A stretch of DNA of 64,000 nucleotides. Origin: the human T2T-CHM13v2.0 reference genome, Homo sapiens. Below are positions 30,823-45,354 of the stretch, piece after piece; position 1 is the first letter of the stretch; each line of letters starts with the position of its first letter. The position numbers were made by a program, and so were the translations under genes. The notes under the pieces are model-generated. The model saw only the letters and a program-made list of their open reading frames with translations. It did not search any database and was not told the DNA's origin. The stretch is taken from assembly GCF_009914755.1 (NCBI RefSeq), contig NC_060944.1; one strand, 5' to 3'.

Positions 30823-32123
30823 TTATGGAAAGGTACAGAATAAAAAGTGGCAGATGTTCCCCTGTGTACTTTCTTGTTCCTTTCATAAAAATAAAACTCC
30901 TGTAACTAATTTCTCATGGATTGTTCCAGAAAAAATTTTCTATGCCTATAGGCATAACTTTATCAACAAAATACACATTCTCTTAAATTGCTTTAAAGAT
31001 ACACACACATGCACGTGCACTTCCCAGAAGTTTCTGTAACAACCCTTGCACAATTTATACTTAGATATTTATTTGCACAACCATATTGTGAATATCACCT
31101 CCACCTGTCTGCCTGTCCCCTGTTCCCTCCCTAGTGCCTGGCACGCAGCAGGTAATGACCTATTCATTGAGTGAATAACTAAACTAGTACATCCTCGTTT
31201 AACAGAAGGCACTATGCTTTTATTAATGCACCCTGACAAACAGAATTCTTATACCACTAGTTAAGTTCTTCAAGATTCATACTCAATGAATATTGACGGT
31301 TTTTTTAAAAATTGATTTTGTTCTAGGTGCTTTCACATGAATGGGATCCTCAGGCTAATCTCCTGAAGTGGTTATTTTAATTCCTGTTCTTCAGATGAGA
31401 AAATGGAGACTCACAGAGTTAAAGCCAAATTATATAATAAGAGCTTAATTCTAGGAAAAGGTTCTAGGCCTTTGTGCCCTACTTATATTTCTAAGTCTCT
31501 TCCTTTCTGCTAGTTTCAAAAGTAAGAATGCTATGAATGTTTAAGCTTAGCTCTGAATACCAAATATTTCTGTACAGTCTGTCATGCTACAAAGGTTCAT
31601 TTCAAATCTAATTAGCCCAGCAGATAAAACAAGGAGCTGGAGACTCTAAATAAACCACTAACAAACAAAAAACACCTCTAACACAAAAGAAATCTCTTGA
31701 TGGTGTAAAAACTAAGCAATGTGGCTTCTAAGAACGTGGCTTCTGAACAGCTCAGAATCAAAACACAGGAAGTAAGCTGTTAATGGCACAATGAAATGAA
31801 TAAAAACTATTTTGGGGGTGAACCAGAATTTGCTCTGCTATTTACTGGTTCGTGTTCAAAGTGGGGAGAGGGGCCTTGGGGTCAAGAGTTTCCCCAGTGG
31901 CCCTATTTCCAAGAAGAAATAGCCAATACACAACTCTGTAAAAAAATTAAAAAACATGGAATTGCACACTTAAAATGGATGAATATTATGATATGTAAAT
32001 CATGTCTCAATCAAGCTGTTAGAAAGAAAGGAAGAAGAAAGAAAAAGCAAGCAAGCAAGCGAGCCAAATTTAATGCGGTTTTACTTTGCCAGCTGTCAGC
32101 TGGTACAGATTTTGGTCGTGTGT

Positions 32124-32125
<2 letters not shown>

Positions 32126-32156
<31 letters not shown>
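32126..32156. repeat. (TG)n microsatellite
   Basis: Read directly. Confidence 0.95.
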
Positions 32157-32158
<2 letters not shown>

Positions 32159-32554
32159 AAAAAATGTGGTCTGTGATCCAGAGCATACCAGGATGTGGGA
32201 GACTCACAGGTTACTGTTTAATATTATATAGAAAACGTGTGCAGAGCCAAGGAGGGGAAAACAGTTCTGTAATTAAAAGACAGGACTAGGGCTTCCTGAG
32301 ATGTAAAAATAGATGAAAAAGGTGAATCTTTTGTTCTGTGGGTGTTGCCACAACGTCACCTACTAGGGTGAAACTGCAGTGTGTACCACTCGCCTCCCAC
32401 TTATAGCTGGTCCGTTGATTCCGTTGACTCGGAATAGCAGCCTTGTTCCATCTGCTGGAGTCAGAGGTTTATGGAGGCAGAAAGTGTGTGGAATTATTTC
32501 CAAAAAAAATAATCACAGGAACGGGGAGAGGGAGGGAGGAAGAGAGAGAGAAAA

Positions 32555-32589
<35 letters not shown>

Positions 32590-33017
32590 AGAAATGAATT
32601 TTCAGAATAGAATGAGGTTGGCTGTGTTTGCATTAAAACATTTAAATGAACACTGCAAAAGCTATAAACTGATGCTTCCTTAAGAAGAGCTGTTGGGATT
32701 GGACCAGAAAAAAGAACCTCAAAAGGGAAGGGATGGGCAGGAGGGAACTTGCTACTGAGAGGAGTAGGGTTTGCAGGTTTGCAGTTATACCTGTTGCTGT
32801 GGTTTGATGCCCCTGTGACTGCGAGGCAAGAAAAAGTAGGTGGAACGTGAGGCTCTCTGCCAGCCAAGGGGCCAGGGGAGACCCCACACACACTCTGCAT
32901 CAGTGCCTCACCACAGGAAGGAGGATAAGGACAAACAAGCACCCCCTCCATGCCAAACAACAAAACAAAACCTTCTTATTCAATGTAAAAGGAAAAAAAA
33001 CCCAAAAAAACAGGTAA

Positions 33018-33628
<611 letters not shown>

Positions 33629-34622
33629 TCAACTGAGGTAATTTTTTGAGAAATTCTGGGCAAATGCCCTCACTTACCACTGATCATAGGTTTAAAAACG
33701 CCAATAAAACTTGTTTATTGCTTAAGACTAGGGCAGTAGTTACCCTGCTGGGGAAGTGATAGAAGGGGGTGCAGAGGTGTCCCTTTGTGAAAACCCATCA
33801 AGCTGGATATTCCTGATTTTTCCACTACTGTGTATCTAGGAAATATTTGACTTTTTTTCTTTTACAATTTTTACAAATATTGTTTATTTTAATGAAGCTG
33901 GTGTAGACAATGTCCATTTAAAACCCGATATCCCAGGCCAAAAAGTACAAATAAAAAAGAGCAGTATTCTGTTGTATTCATTTCTGCATGTATACCTTTA
34001 TTGATAATGAAAATCAGAACTTTTCTGGGATCTTCTGACAAGATTAAGAAAAAAAAAATCTTCAAATGTCTTTTCTTCAGGGAAGCCATCTTTGGAGTTA
34101 GTCGTTACTCTCAACCTTATCTGTCACCTTGACTTAACCTGATGCTCCTTTTCTTTTGGTCCAGACCCTCAAATCTTAAAAATAGCTTCAAGTTGTTAAG
34201 GAGAGGTCATTTTTCCACAGCTCAGTTCTCTAAAAAACTTCCATCTCCCACCAAAAGTCATAGTCCAGGAGTGAAACAATCACATGGTTGAAAATCAGGG
34301 CCAACTGGAAAGTCATTATGAATACTTGCATTGGTCAATCTTATCATCTGAAAATGTACAGTCCTGAAAAAGGTGGCCTCTCTGTGCACACATAATTTTT
34401 ATAAAAGGAGAGGGCAATATGAAGAGGCCTGAGCCTTGATCACCAGAAATCAGCATAATGAAAACAAACAATAATGAATAATGAACACTAGAATTCAAAT
34501 TACCAGATGTTTTAAAGAGATGGAGTGCCTGTTTTCAATTCCGTTTTAAATACCATGCTACAAAAGAACTATTTAAAAAAATAAAAAAGGACTGAGGGAA
34601 AAGGAAAAAAAAAAAAGAATGT

Positions 34623-34928
34623 CTAAACTGTTGAATGACCTCCGATTTGTTCCTGATAAACCTCAATCACATCTTCTTCCTCCATTCCCAGTTCTTCTGG
34701 AGTATGATTATCAGCAATTCTCTGACCTTCAAAGAGAAACCTGAGGGAATTCACTGGAACGCCCTGTCTCTGACAGTACGATTTCTTGAGTTTCTTGAGA
34801 GGTGTTGTCATTTTCACTTTGAAATGAATCTCACTGCTATCCTGTCCAATAACCCTGAGTTTAATATCTTCATCTTTTATCTTATCCCCCAAATGCTCAG
34901 TTGAAAGTTTTGCCTCCAGGTCAGACAT
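34623..34928 (-). CDS. SUMO1P1: SUMO5 / SUMO1-like small ubiquitin-like modifier, 101 aa
   Basis: Intact ORF colinear with SUMO1 (13 substitutions against SUMO1 as I recall it); di-Gly and HSTV propeptide retained; start context accATG. Confidence 0.88.
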
Positions 34929-35038
34929 GGTGATGGGGCATTCACCTGCAGGTCTCCGAACAGCAGCAGTCTCGGGGTAGGCAGAACCTCGCTCTGGCGT
35001 TTACAATGCCATCTCCCTTCGTCACAGCACGACACCAT
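34877..35038 (-). other. Out-of-frame upstream ORF (53 codons) overlapping the SUMO5 start
   Basis: GCCGCCATGG at 35044-35035; translation [53 protein letters not shown]. Confidence 0.6.
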
Positions 35039-35046
35039 GGCGGCAG

Positions 35047-35121
35047 TCACTTCCGCTATGCCTCACGACACTTCTGCTACGCCTTGCATCACTTACGGTG
35101 CACCTTGCATCACTTCCGCTA
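35047..35121 (-). promoter_or_regulatory. 21-bp tandem array of ETS/GABP-type (A)GCGGAAGTG motifs in the retrocopy leader
   Basis: cactt(c/a) units at 35048, 35069, 35090 and 35111; the outer two are perfect CGGAAGTG. Confidence 0.6.
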
Positions 35122-35345
35122 GGCGCAGAGAGGAGGGAGGGAGAAGAGCTAACTTTTTTTTTTTTAAGTACCGATATGTATTCCCTGTTCCTGCTTCCTC
35201 ATCAATTTCAAACTTAACATGACCCAAAGAGAACTTGGGTTCTCTGTTCTCAGGGGCTGCCAGCCATCTTTTCCCAGCCTCACTCCAACAACTTCAGCAC
35301 ATCCTTGATTCTTCTTTCTCTAATCTCCTCACCCAGTCTGGATAG

Positions 35346-35841
<496 letters not shown>

Positions 35842-35849
35842 CCCATTTC

Positions 35850-37540
35850 CATTTTATAAGAATGGAAATCAGATAACGACATTCTCCTTCTGTAAAACCT
35901 CCCCATGGCTTCCCTTCACATTGAAAGAACCACCCAGGCTAGGGAGAAGCCTTCTGGTGTCACACAAGAAAAGCCATGGCCACCTCCCCTCATCCCTTCC
36001 CTCCTCCCTCTTGGTCATTGTGTTCTGGTCTCCTTCTGTCCCTCCAACATGCGTAGCTCATTCCTTCCTCGGCGACTTTGCCTTGCTGTCCTCTGTCCCA
36101 GGTCTCGGCCCTAATGTCTCCTCGCCACAAAGGCTGTCCCTGGTCACCTGTGTGGTTGCCACTCACCGTCTCATCACCTTCGAAACCCCTGTCACTGCTG
36201 GACATGTGATCTTACCTCTTTGTTTTGTTGTTTATTGGATGTTTCCCTCATTAGGATATAAGTGCCCAGAGGGGCAAGAACTGTCTACCTTACACTACCC
36301 TACACTACTTCGGGTGTATAAAAACAATTTGAATGGTCACATGCTTAAAACCCGATTCCTGAACTTCCCATTCCCACCGTCAGCGCCTCCCTCCTGTCCT
36401 GATCCTCCCCTGGTCTTCCCCTCTCAGCGCACGGCAACTCTATTCCTTCAGCGGCTCAGACCCAGATATTGGAGGAGTCCGGGGTGCCCCTTTTCCCCTC
36501 ACATTCCACACTCATCCTGTCCACACCTTCAGTTGCCTTTACCTTGAGAGAGCCTGAGACCACCTCTGTGTCCTGCTTCCGCCCTGGTCTGGGCAGCCAC
36601 AGGGGTTCCTGGAGCTTCCTGCAGTCGCTGCACTTACTGTCTCTACATCCCCCTGTGCCCTCCTTCAATCTAGTCTCTGGAGTGAGGTTATTTGAAAATC
36701 ATTTCCAATGCCACATCTCTTTCCAGAGTTCTCCAAAGACGGCCAGCTCAGAGTGAAATCTAAAGCCATTTAGTCACATCAGCCCAAATGCCCCTCTCTG
36801 ACCGGCTCGCCCACCTACCATCCTTTTCCTTGCTTATTCCACTCTGGGGACACTATCTAAGGGCACGCCTCTGAGGCCCTGTGAGTCTGCTGCTCTCTTT
36901 CTGGAAGGACCTCTCCCAGATGCTACTCAGTGCTCCCTTCCTTGTGGAGGTCTCTGCTCAGTGAGGTCCTCTCCAGCGTCTCCCTTTAAAATTGTCCCCT
37001 CGGGACAGGAGCTGTGGCTCCTGCCTGCAATTCCAGGGCTTTGGGAGGCCAAGGTGGAAGGATCACTTGAGCCCAGGAGTTCAAGACCAGGCTGGGCAAA
37101 ATGGTGAAACCCTGTCTCCACAAAAAAATACAACACTTAGCCAGGCATGATGGTGCAGACTTGTGGTCCCAGCTACTCCGGTGGCTGAGGTGGGAGGATT
37201 GTTTGAACCCAGGAGTTGGAGGCTGCAGTGAGTTTTGATAGTGTCACTGCATTCCGGCCTGGGTGACAGAGTAAGACCCTGTTCTTTTGTTTTGTTTTTA
37301 AATGCCCCCTTATACACATGGTCCTCCCCTATCTATCTCCCTATTTTTTCTCCAGAGCACTTCTGACTCCTCAGACGTGTGTCGTTTTTATTATTTGTTG
37401 ATGCTCTTCTCCCACTACAATGTAAGTTCCACGTGGGAGTGGATTTCTGTCTTTTTGTCACTGTGGTATCCTCATAGTTCAAATTGGTGCCCAGCAGGTA
37501 TTAAACACTCATAGATGTTTGCTAATTGAATGAACTAGTG
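35850..37540 (+). mobile_element. Degenerate L2 fragments
   Basis: L2-like motifs aaaacctccccatggcttccc, cccactacaatgtaagttccac, atgtttgctaattgaatgaa. Confidence 0.55.
37002..37299 (+). mobile_element. AluJ with a T-rich 3' tail
   Basis: Ends gtaagaccctg + ttcttttgttttgttttt. Confidence 0.85.
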
Positions 37541-38431
37541 ATGATGTTCACTGTTGAACAGCATACGGTACAAATCTAAGTCCTCATCCAGTGAGCGAAT
37601 TAATGATAATTAAAAGAAATTTACCAAACTTCAAACTCACTCAATCAACAAAGATATATAGAGTTTCTATTGTAAGTCTGGAACTGATCTACCCTGATCT
37701 ACAGTGTTGAATGAAATAGACGAGATCTCTGACCACCTGAAATTAGCAGTGTACTTGGGGAAAATCCACTGATCAAAGAATCATAGAAACGTTTCATCAC
37801 AAACTTGGTACTGCTGGCAAGGAAAAGTCAAGAACTCTCGGAGTGTAGTTCCATTTGAGAACTAGGAGGGCTTCTGTGAGGAGGTGACATCTGAGCTGAG
37901 ATGAGAAGGTTGAGATGGTGAAGGGAAGAGGTACAGGGGTGGAGAATGGGGAGAAAATTTCAGGCAGAAGAAACTTCAGAGGCAAAGTCCCCAGTCCCTG
38001 GGTAATGGTTAATCATTTACATCTTACTGCTTCCAATATTCTGGTTTCTGATGATTACTATGATTTAACTTCATTTTTTAGCTACCAGTAAAATATTGGT
38101 GATAATTTGCATTCTTTACCTCCATATTGGAGGGATGGGAAATGCCTCCAAACCCAGGATTCTAATTAAATTTGGGAGACCACAGAGTTTATGCAGCGTG
38201 TGGTTGGATTTTTACATCATCCTTGTTTGTTTTCTTCTCTTTCCAGTCCTTCGACACTGGCTAGTCATTAAAATTTAGAGCTCACCCTAGGTTAAGTGGA
38301 CAATTTCCTGGAAAACAGCTGGTTGAGCTCCCCCCTGTGCATCGCTGAAATAAACATCCCCTTTGGAAAAAGGCTTCCTTTAGTACCTTCCTGCTTAGCA
38401 TCTTTTTGCAGTCTATATTCCTGTTTTGCAT

Positions 38432-38525
38432 GACTTCTCAGAAAAAATCTAGAATGATAAGTAAAATAATAGGCAAGGTTTATTAAGCACGTCATTGCTT
38501 CACACTACCGTCCTGGGAGCTAGGC
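38432..38525 (+). repeat. Arm 1 (MIR-adjacent donor) of a ~95-bp dispersed inverted repeat
   Basis: Core 38474-38525 is 46/52 identical to the reverse complement of 39307-39358. Confidence 0.85.
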
Positions 38526-38833
38526 ACTATTATTATCCTGTATTCACAGATGAGGACCCGAGGCTTGGGAAGCTAATGTGTTTCACACCAGTCAATAATG
38601 AGCAGAGGCAGGTTTAACACCCAGGACCATGTGACTCAACAACTTGTGCTCTTAACCATTGAGCCACAAGGCCTCCCTGGCCCTAAACGTGAAGGTCTCC
38701 TGTCAGTTTCAATTTCCCCAGCTGTTACATGAAGGCATTGCAATTGCACCCAGCATTCTACAGTAGCTGTGCAGAGGGTGGGATTGGTGTTTTCTCTTGT
38801 AGAGGGAACCAACTCTATCTTAACCTAAAACTT

Positions 38834-39145
<312 letters not shown>

Positions 39146-39259
39146 CTAAAAAAGTTTAATACATGGATGTTGAGTAACTCACAGGTGGAGAAAGGAGTCC
39201 TAAGAAACAAAGAAATACAGAGGCAGAGAGGAAGAAGAGAGGAGGAGTAGGGGGGTGGG

Positions 39260-39297
<38 letters not shown>

Positions 39298-39306
39298 TGA
39301 GCTAAG

Positions 39307-39404
39307 GCCTAGCTCCCAGGATGGTTGTGTGAAGCAACAACAAGCTTAATAAACCTTGGCTGTTGTTTTGTTTATTATTCTTCTAGATGTTTTTGTCAAA
39401 AGTC
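39307..39404 (-). repeat. Arm 2 of the ~95-bp inverted repeat
   Basis: See arm 1. Confidence 0.85.
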
Positions 39405-40006
39405 CCACATTTCTAGGGAACAGAAATGCTTCTTGAGAACTTTCTGCTGGAAGGGGTGAGCTGCAATTCTGTTTTCTACTCCATGTCACTCTGGTAAAGA
39501 TTCTCCATCCCTGCAATTAGAGTTTGATGATTTGCCTTGGCCATGGACTCATTCCTTGGCTGAGGGAGAACAGGCTGTCTTCATTAACACTCTGCTGAGA
39601 TGGCTGACAATGGTTTGTGAGGGTAGATAATCCGCTCAAGTCGCTGTGTAACCCAAAGAACCCGAAATGAATGCTGGGCTTTTCAAACCCAGCCATTACT
39701 CTTCCTTCCTCGTGGTCACCTCCTGTAGAAAGGCTGGAAGTGAAACCTAATTCAGTCTCGATTCTGTCTTTTGCTCCCACTTTTGAGAGCTCATCTTTAT
39801 TCAGAAGGTGCCTGGTACGGTACCAGGCACGTAGTAGGTGCTTAGCCAGCCAATGGTGGGGCAAATAAATGAATAGAAAAGAAAAACACATCCTCACTGT
39901 TTAACAATTGCTCCCTTCACCGAAGCTGCCTAAAAGAAGACTTCCTTCTGCTGGGCTTTTTGAGGAGGTCCAACGAATAGCCCTTTCTTCCCTGCCTGGC
40001 TTCTTA

Positions 40007-40643
<637 letters not shown>

Positions 40644-41400
40644 GTCAAAATATCACCTTTATTGCTGAAAAGTCTATAAATATGTGTGGGCCACAGGGCT
40701 TGCCAGCACTGACCAGAATTAGGCAACCCCTCCAACTCCAACAGGAACAGAGAACACAAGATCCATGGGCAACTCCCTCCTACCCAAATATACAAGGAGC
40801 AGGTGGCAGCTCAGCCGCTTTCTTCTTCCCCAATCTACCAGCCAGATCAATCACTCCTCTTGCAGCATGGAGTGGGGAAGGGGCAGAGACAGGCCAGGAG
40901 TTTTAGGAGCTGGGCTTTCTTCTGGGGGAAGATGCCTTTCCTCCCAGCCTCCTGACTTGGCCCCTGTGGGCCTAGGGATGTGCAGAAGGGGTGTTGGCCC
41001 CAAGCTGATAAGAATCTACTCTGCAAGTCCTGTTCATTCTCTGTGTGGCTATCTACTGATTACTTTTTCACAGCCTGTGACTAAAAAAATTTCCGTTACC
41101 TGAGACATGATATTAAAACGCCTGGTTTTGAAAAGTAGGGTTTGTCAAATGACTGTGAAAGTTCTCTTGCAACAGAAAAGTAAAAATCCCTCAGAAAAGC
41201 AAGATCTAATAATTCAAAAAGCAAGATATAATAATAATAATTATTATCATTGACTGGGTGACATCCAAAAGTCAGTTTATCCAATGCCAGGAACTGAAAT
41301 GTCTGGCCCGCCAGGAGAACAGTGGCTGAGCTCCATGATGCTCCTGAGTTTGAACTTTTGCTCTGCACCTTGTCAGCTGTGTAAACTGAGGCTTGTTACA

Positions 41401-42942
41401 TATGTGTGTGTGTGTGTATATATATATATAATTACAATTTTTCATGTTCGTAGGTCTATGGTAGGTGTATATACTTATGGGGTGCATTAGATGTTTTGAT
41501 ATAGGCATGCAATGTGTAATAATCACATTATGAAAAATGGAGTATCCATCTCCTCAAGCATTTGTCCTTTGTGTTACAAACAATCCAGTTATACTTTTTT
41601 AGTTATTTTGAAATGTACAGTTTAACTATTATTGACTATAGTCACCCTGTTGTGTTATCATATACTAGGTCTTATCCATTCTTTCTAACTTTCTTTGTTC
41701 TTTGTACACATTAGCCATCCCCACCTTCCCCCACCCTACCACACCACCCCATCCCCTCTCCCCTGCCACCCAACCCCACACTTCCAGCTTCTGGAAACCA
41801 TCCTTCTCTTATCTCCATGAGTTCAACTATTTTGATTATTAGATCTCACAAATAAGTGAGAATGTGTGATTTTCGTCTTCCTGTGTCTGGCTTATTTCAG
41901 TTAATATGATGACCTCCAATTCCATCCACATCGTTGCAAATAACAGGATCTCATTCTTTTTTATGGCTGAATAGTACTCCATTGAGTATATGTACCAAAT
42001 TTTCTTGATCCATTCATCTGCTGATGGACACTTAGGTTGCTTCCAAATCTTGGCTATTGTGAACACTGCTGCAACAAACATAGGAGTGCAGATACCTCTT
42101 TGATGTTCTGATGTGCATTCTTTTGGACATATACCCAGCAGTGGGATTGCTGGGTCATATGGTAGCTCTATTTTTAGTTTTTTGAGGAACCTCCAAACTG
42201 TTCTCCATAATGGTTGTACTAAGGTGCATTTCCACCAACAGTGTATGCGGGATCCCGTTTCTCTACATCCTTGCCGGAATTTGTTATTGCCTGTCTTTTG
42301 AATATAAGCCATTTTAACTGGGTTGAGTTGAGATCTCATTGCAGTTTTGATTTTCATTTCTCTGATGATCAGTGATGTTAAGCACCTTTTCATATGCCTA
42401 TTTGCTATTTGTATGTCTTCTTTTAAGGAATATCTAGTCAAACCTTTTGTCCATTTTGAGTGGGTTATTATATCTTTATATTTTTTATTTTTTTTAGACA
42501 GGGTCTTACTCTGTCACAGAGGCTGGAGTGTGGTGACTCAATCATGGCTCACTGCAGCCTCAACCTCCTGGGCTCAGGCGATCTTCCCACCTCCCAAGTA
42601 GCTGAGACCACAAGCACAAGCACATGCCACCATGCCCAGCTAATTTTTTCTTGAGATGGGGTTTCACCATGTTTCCCAGGCTGGTCTTGAACTCCTGACC
42701 TCAAGTGATTCACCTGCCTCAGCCTCCCAAAGTGCTGAGATCAAAGGCGTGAGCCACCTCACCAGGCCAGATTTTTTTCCTACAGAGTTATTTAAGTTTC
42801 TTTTATTTTCTGATTATTAATCCCTTGTCAGATGGGTAGTTTGCAAATATTTTCTCCCATTCTGTGGGCTGTCTCTTCACTATGTTGATTGTTTCCTTTG
42901 CTGTGCAAAAGTCTTGTAACTTGATATGATACCATTTGTCAA
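41401..42942 (-). mobile_element. L1MA (MA2/3-like) 3' part inserted into a MIR; contains AluJ at 42480-42769
   Basis: ORF 41839-42441 translates as the L1 ORF2p C-terminus (HCWWKC...QPLW, ELPYDPAIPLLG); TSD core gcttgttac at 41391 and 42944. Confidence 0.88.
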
Positions 42943-43242
42943 AGCTTGTTACTTAATCCATCTGGACCTTATTTACACAACTATAAAATAGGGATGGTAA
43001 TAGCATCCATTCCTTAGGCTTTTTAGTGGCGATTAATTGAAGATATATATGCATTTCAAACACACACACACACACTAGTGCCTGGCATATAGTAAGTTCC
43101 TAATAAATGTGGTTGATACTGTTATATGATTTGTATTATTGGTGATGATAGTTGGGGTCCTTGGGTCACCATGAAATATAAGTTATTCACTCTTATTATC
43201 CCCGTTGTCTATTTGCTAATGTGCAACAGAAGTGCACTGGGA

Positions 43243-43533
43243 TGCCGGGTGTGGTGGCTCATGCCTATAATCCCAGCACTTTGGGAGGCCGAGGCGGGCA
43301 GATCACTTGAGGTCAGGAGTTTGAGACCAGCCTCGCCATCATGGTGAAACCCCTTCTCTACAAAAAATAATAAAAAAAGAAAAATTACCCAGGCATGGTG
43401 GCACATGCTTGTAACCCCAGCTACTTGGGAGGCTAGGGCGCGAGAGTCACTTGAACCTGGGAAGCAATTGTGCCAAGATTGCACCACTGCACTCCAGCCT
43501 GGGTGAGAGCGAGACTCTATCTCAAAAAAAAAA
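43243..43533 (+). mobile_element. AluS
   Basis: TSD aagtgcactggga / aagtgccctggga. Confidence 0.9.
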
Positions 43534-44052
43534 GTGCCCTGGGAGAGCAGTCTGGGAGTCCAAGTTCAAATCCAATCTCTGGTGTTTTCTACTATGTGAT
43601 AATTGGCAAGGTCACTAAGCTTCTTTGAGCCTCAGTTTCCTTGCCAGTTATGAGTGACAAAGAATCAGAGGAAAGATCAATTTGACCTTGGAACAGGAAC
43701 TTTGTGCTCCCTGGAGCATTCTTTCCTTCCGGCTTTTCTTTAGTTAATACCTGTTCAGCTGGCTGCTGCCTCTGTAGGGGAGCCCTCCACAACCTCCTAG
43801 ACAGAGTCAACTCCCCTGCTCTTATCCCATTGTGTCTATTCACTTGCTCCACAAATTTTAATGAGCAACTACCTTCCAGACACTGCTCTAAGGTCAGAGT
43901 GATGAACAAGCAAAACGTGGCCTTGGGCTTTCTAAATTGGGAAGAAAAAGTCAAGGGACTCTCCTACAATATCGTGTTCTCCAAGGTGACCTTCTCTCCC
44001 CAGGTGGGCTTGTTCTAGGTTGTGGACATGATCCACATGCTCCAGACCTAGG

Positions 44053-44054
<2 letters not shown>

Positions 44055-44088
<34 letters not shown>
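44055..44088. repeat. (CA)n microsatellite
   Basis: Read directly. Confidence 0.95.
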
Positions 44089-44089
<1 letters not shown>

Positions 44090-44909
44090 TCACTTACCTT
44101 CTCCCTAGACTAGAAACCTTGTAAACCTACATATCGGTTTCTAGCTGAGAATACATTGAATTTCCCCAAAAATGTTCTCCCAGCCTCAGGACTCCTCTGC
44201 ACCCCAGACTGAGATTATTCAGAGGCGTTACTTAGCCTCTTCTGAGAGCTCCTTTCTGAACATTATGGTGTTAGAGGAGCACCAAGGCTCTGACTCAATC
44301 TACTAAGAGGTGGGGTTCACTGAGGGGCTCCACCACAGGCAAACAAGTGCAGGAAACAGCATAAAACCAAACCAACCAGAAGTAGATAGGTCATTTCCTT
44401 TCTCACTCCTGTCTGGGATGCCTTTGGCAAGCTTCACTGGGAAAGGAGGAGCCAGAGAGCTGAGCTATTAACACACCTGAGTGTCCTCACTCTGCCACTT
44501 AGTACCAGCGTGGCCTCAGGCGAGGAGCTAACTCATTTTAGGCCTTGGTTGCTTCATCTGTAAAATGGGATGATGGTGTTGACTTCATAAGATCAACATG
44601 CGTGCTAATGGTGATAACACACGACAAGTGTTCACTATTATGCTTGCAGCATAACTGCTGAATAAATATGAGCTACTATTACTATTAGGATGCATGCCAT
44701 TCTTCTTACATAAGAGAAAGACAAAAGTGGTTTGATGAAAATACGTAATGAATAAAATACACGGAATATATGATTCTTCTCTCCCCCCCACCACGCTCCC
44801 CCACCCACATGGCTGACTCATGTCACTTTTGAGATCACGGTGGAAATGTCATCTCCTGAGAGAAGGCTGTCCTTTGAGGCAGTTATTCCCAACCTTGGCT
44901 GCACACTGA

Positions 44910-45278
<369 letters not shown>

Positions 45279-45354
45279 CAAGGATTTGGAGATTTTTAAG
45301 TGCTCCCAGGGAGCTCTAGCGTTTAGCCCAGCTGGAGAGTCACTACTGCTTTTA

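Larger units (their letters stand above)
33865..35150 (-). pseudogene. SUMO1P1: Processed SUMO1 retrocopy (5' leader, CDS, full 3'UTR, poly(A) signal)
   Basis: Intronless; minus-strand AATAAA at 33883-33888 in SUMO1-like 3' end (cagcttcattaaaataaacaatatttgtaa); candidate low-complexity TSD at 33850-33864 and 35152-35166 (14/15). Confidence 0.9.

Noticed and set aside
34635-34904. 89-aa plus-strand ORF
   Set aside because: Antisense shadow of the SUMO5 CDS
41839-42441. 200-aa ORF
   Set aside because: L1 ORF2p C-terminal remnant of a truncated L1MA; its start comes from the region next to an Alu junction, not a host gene
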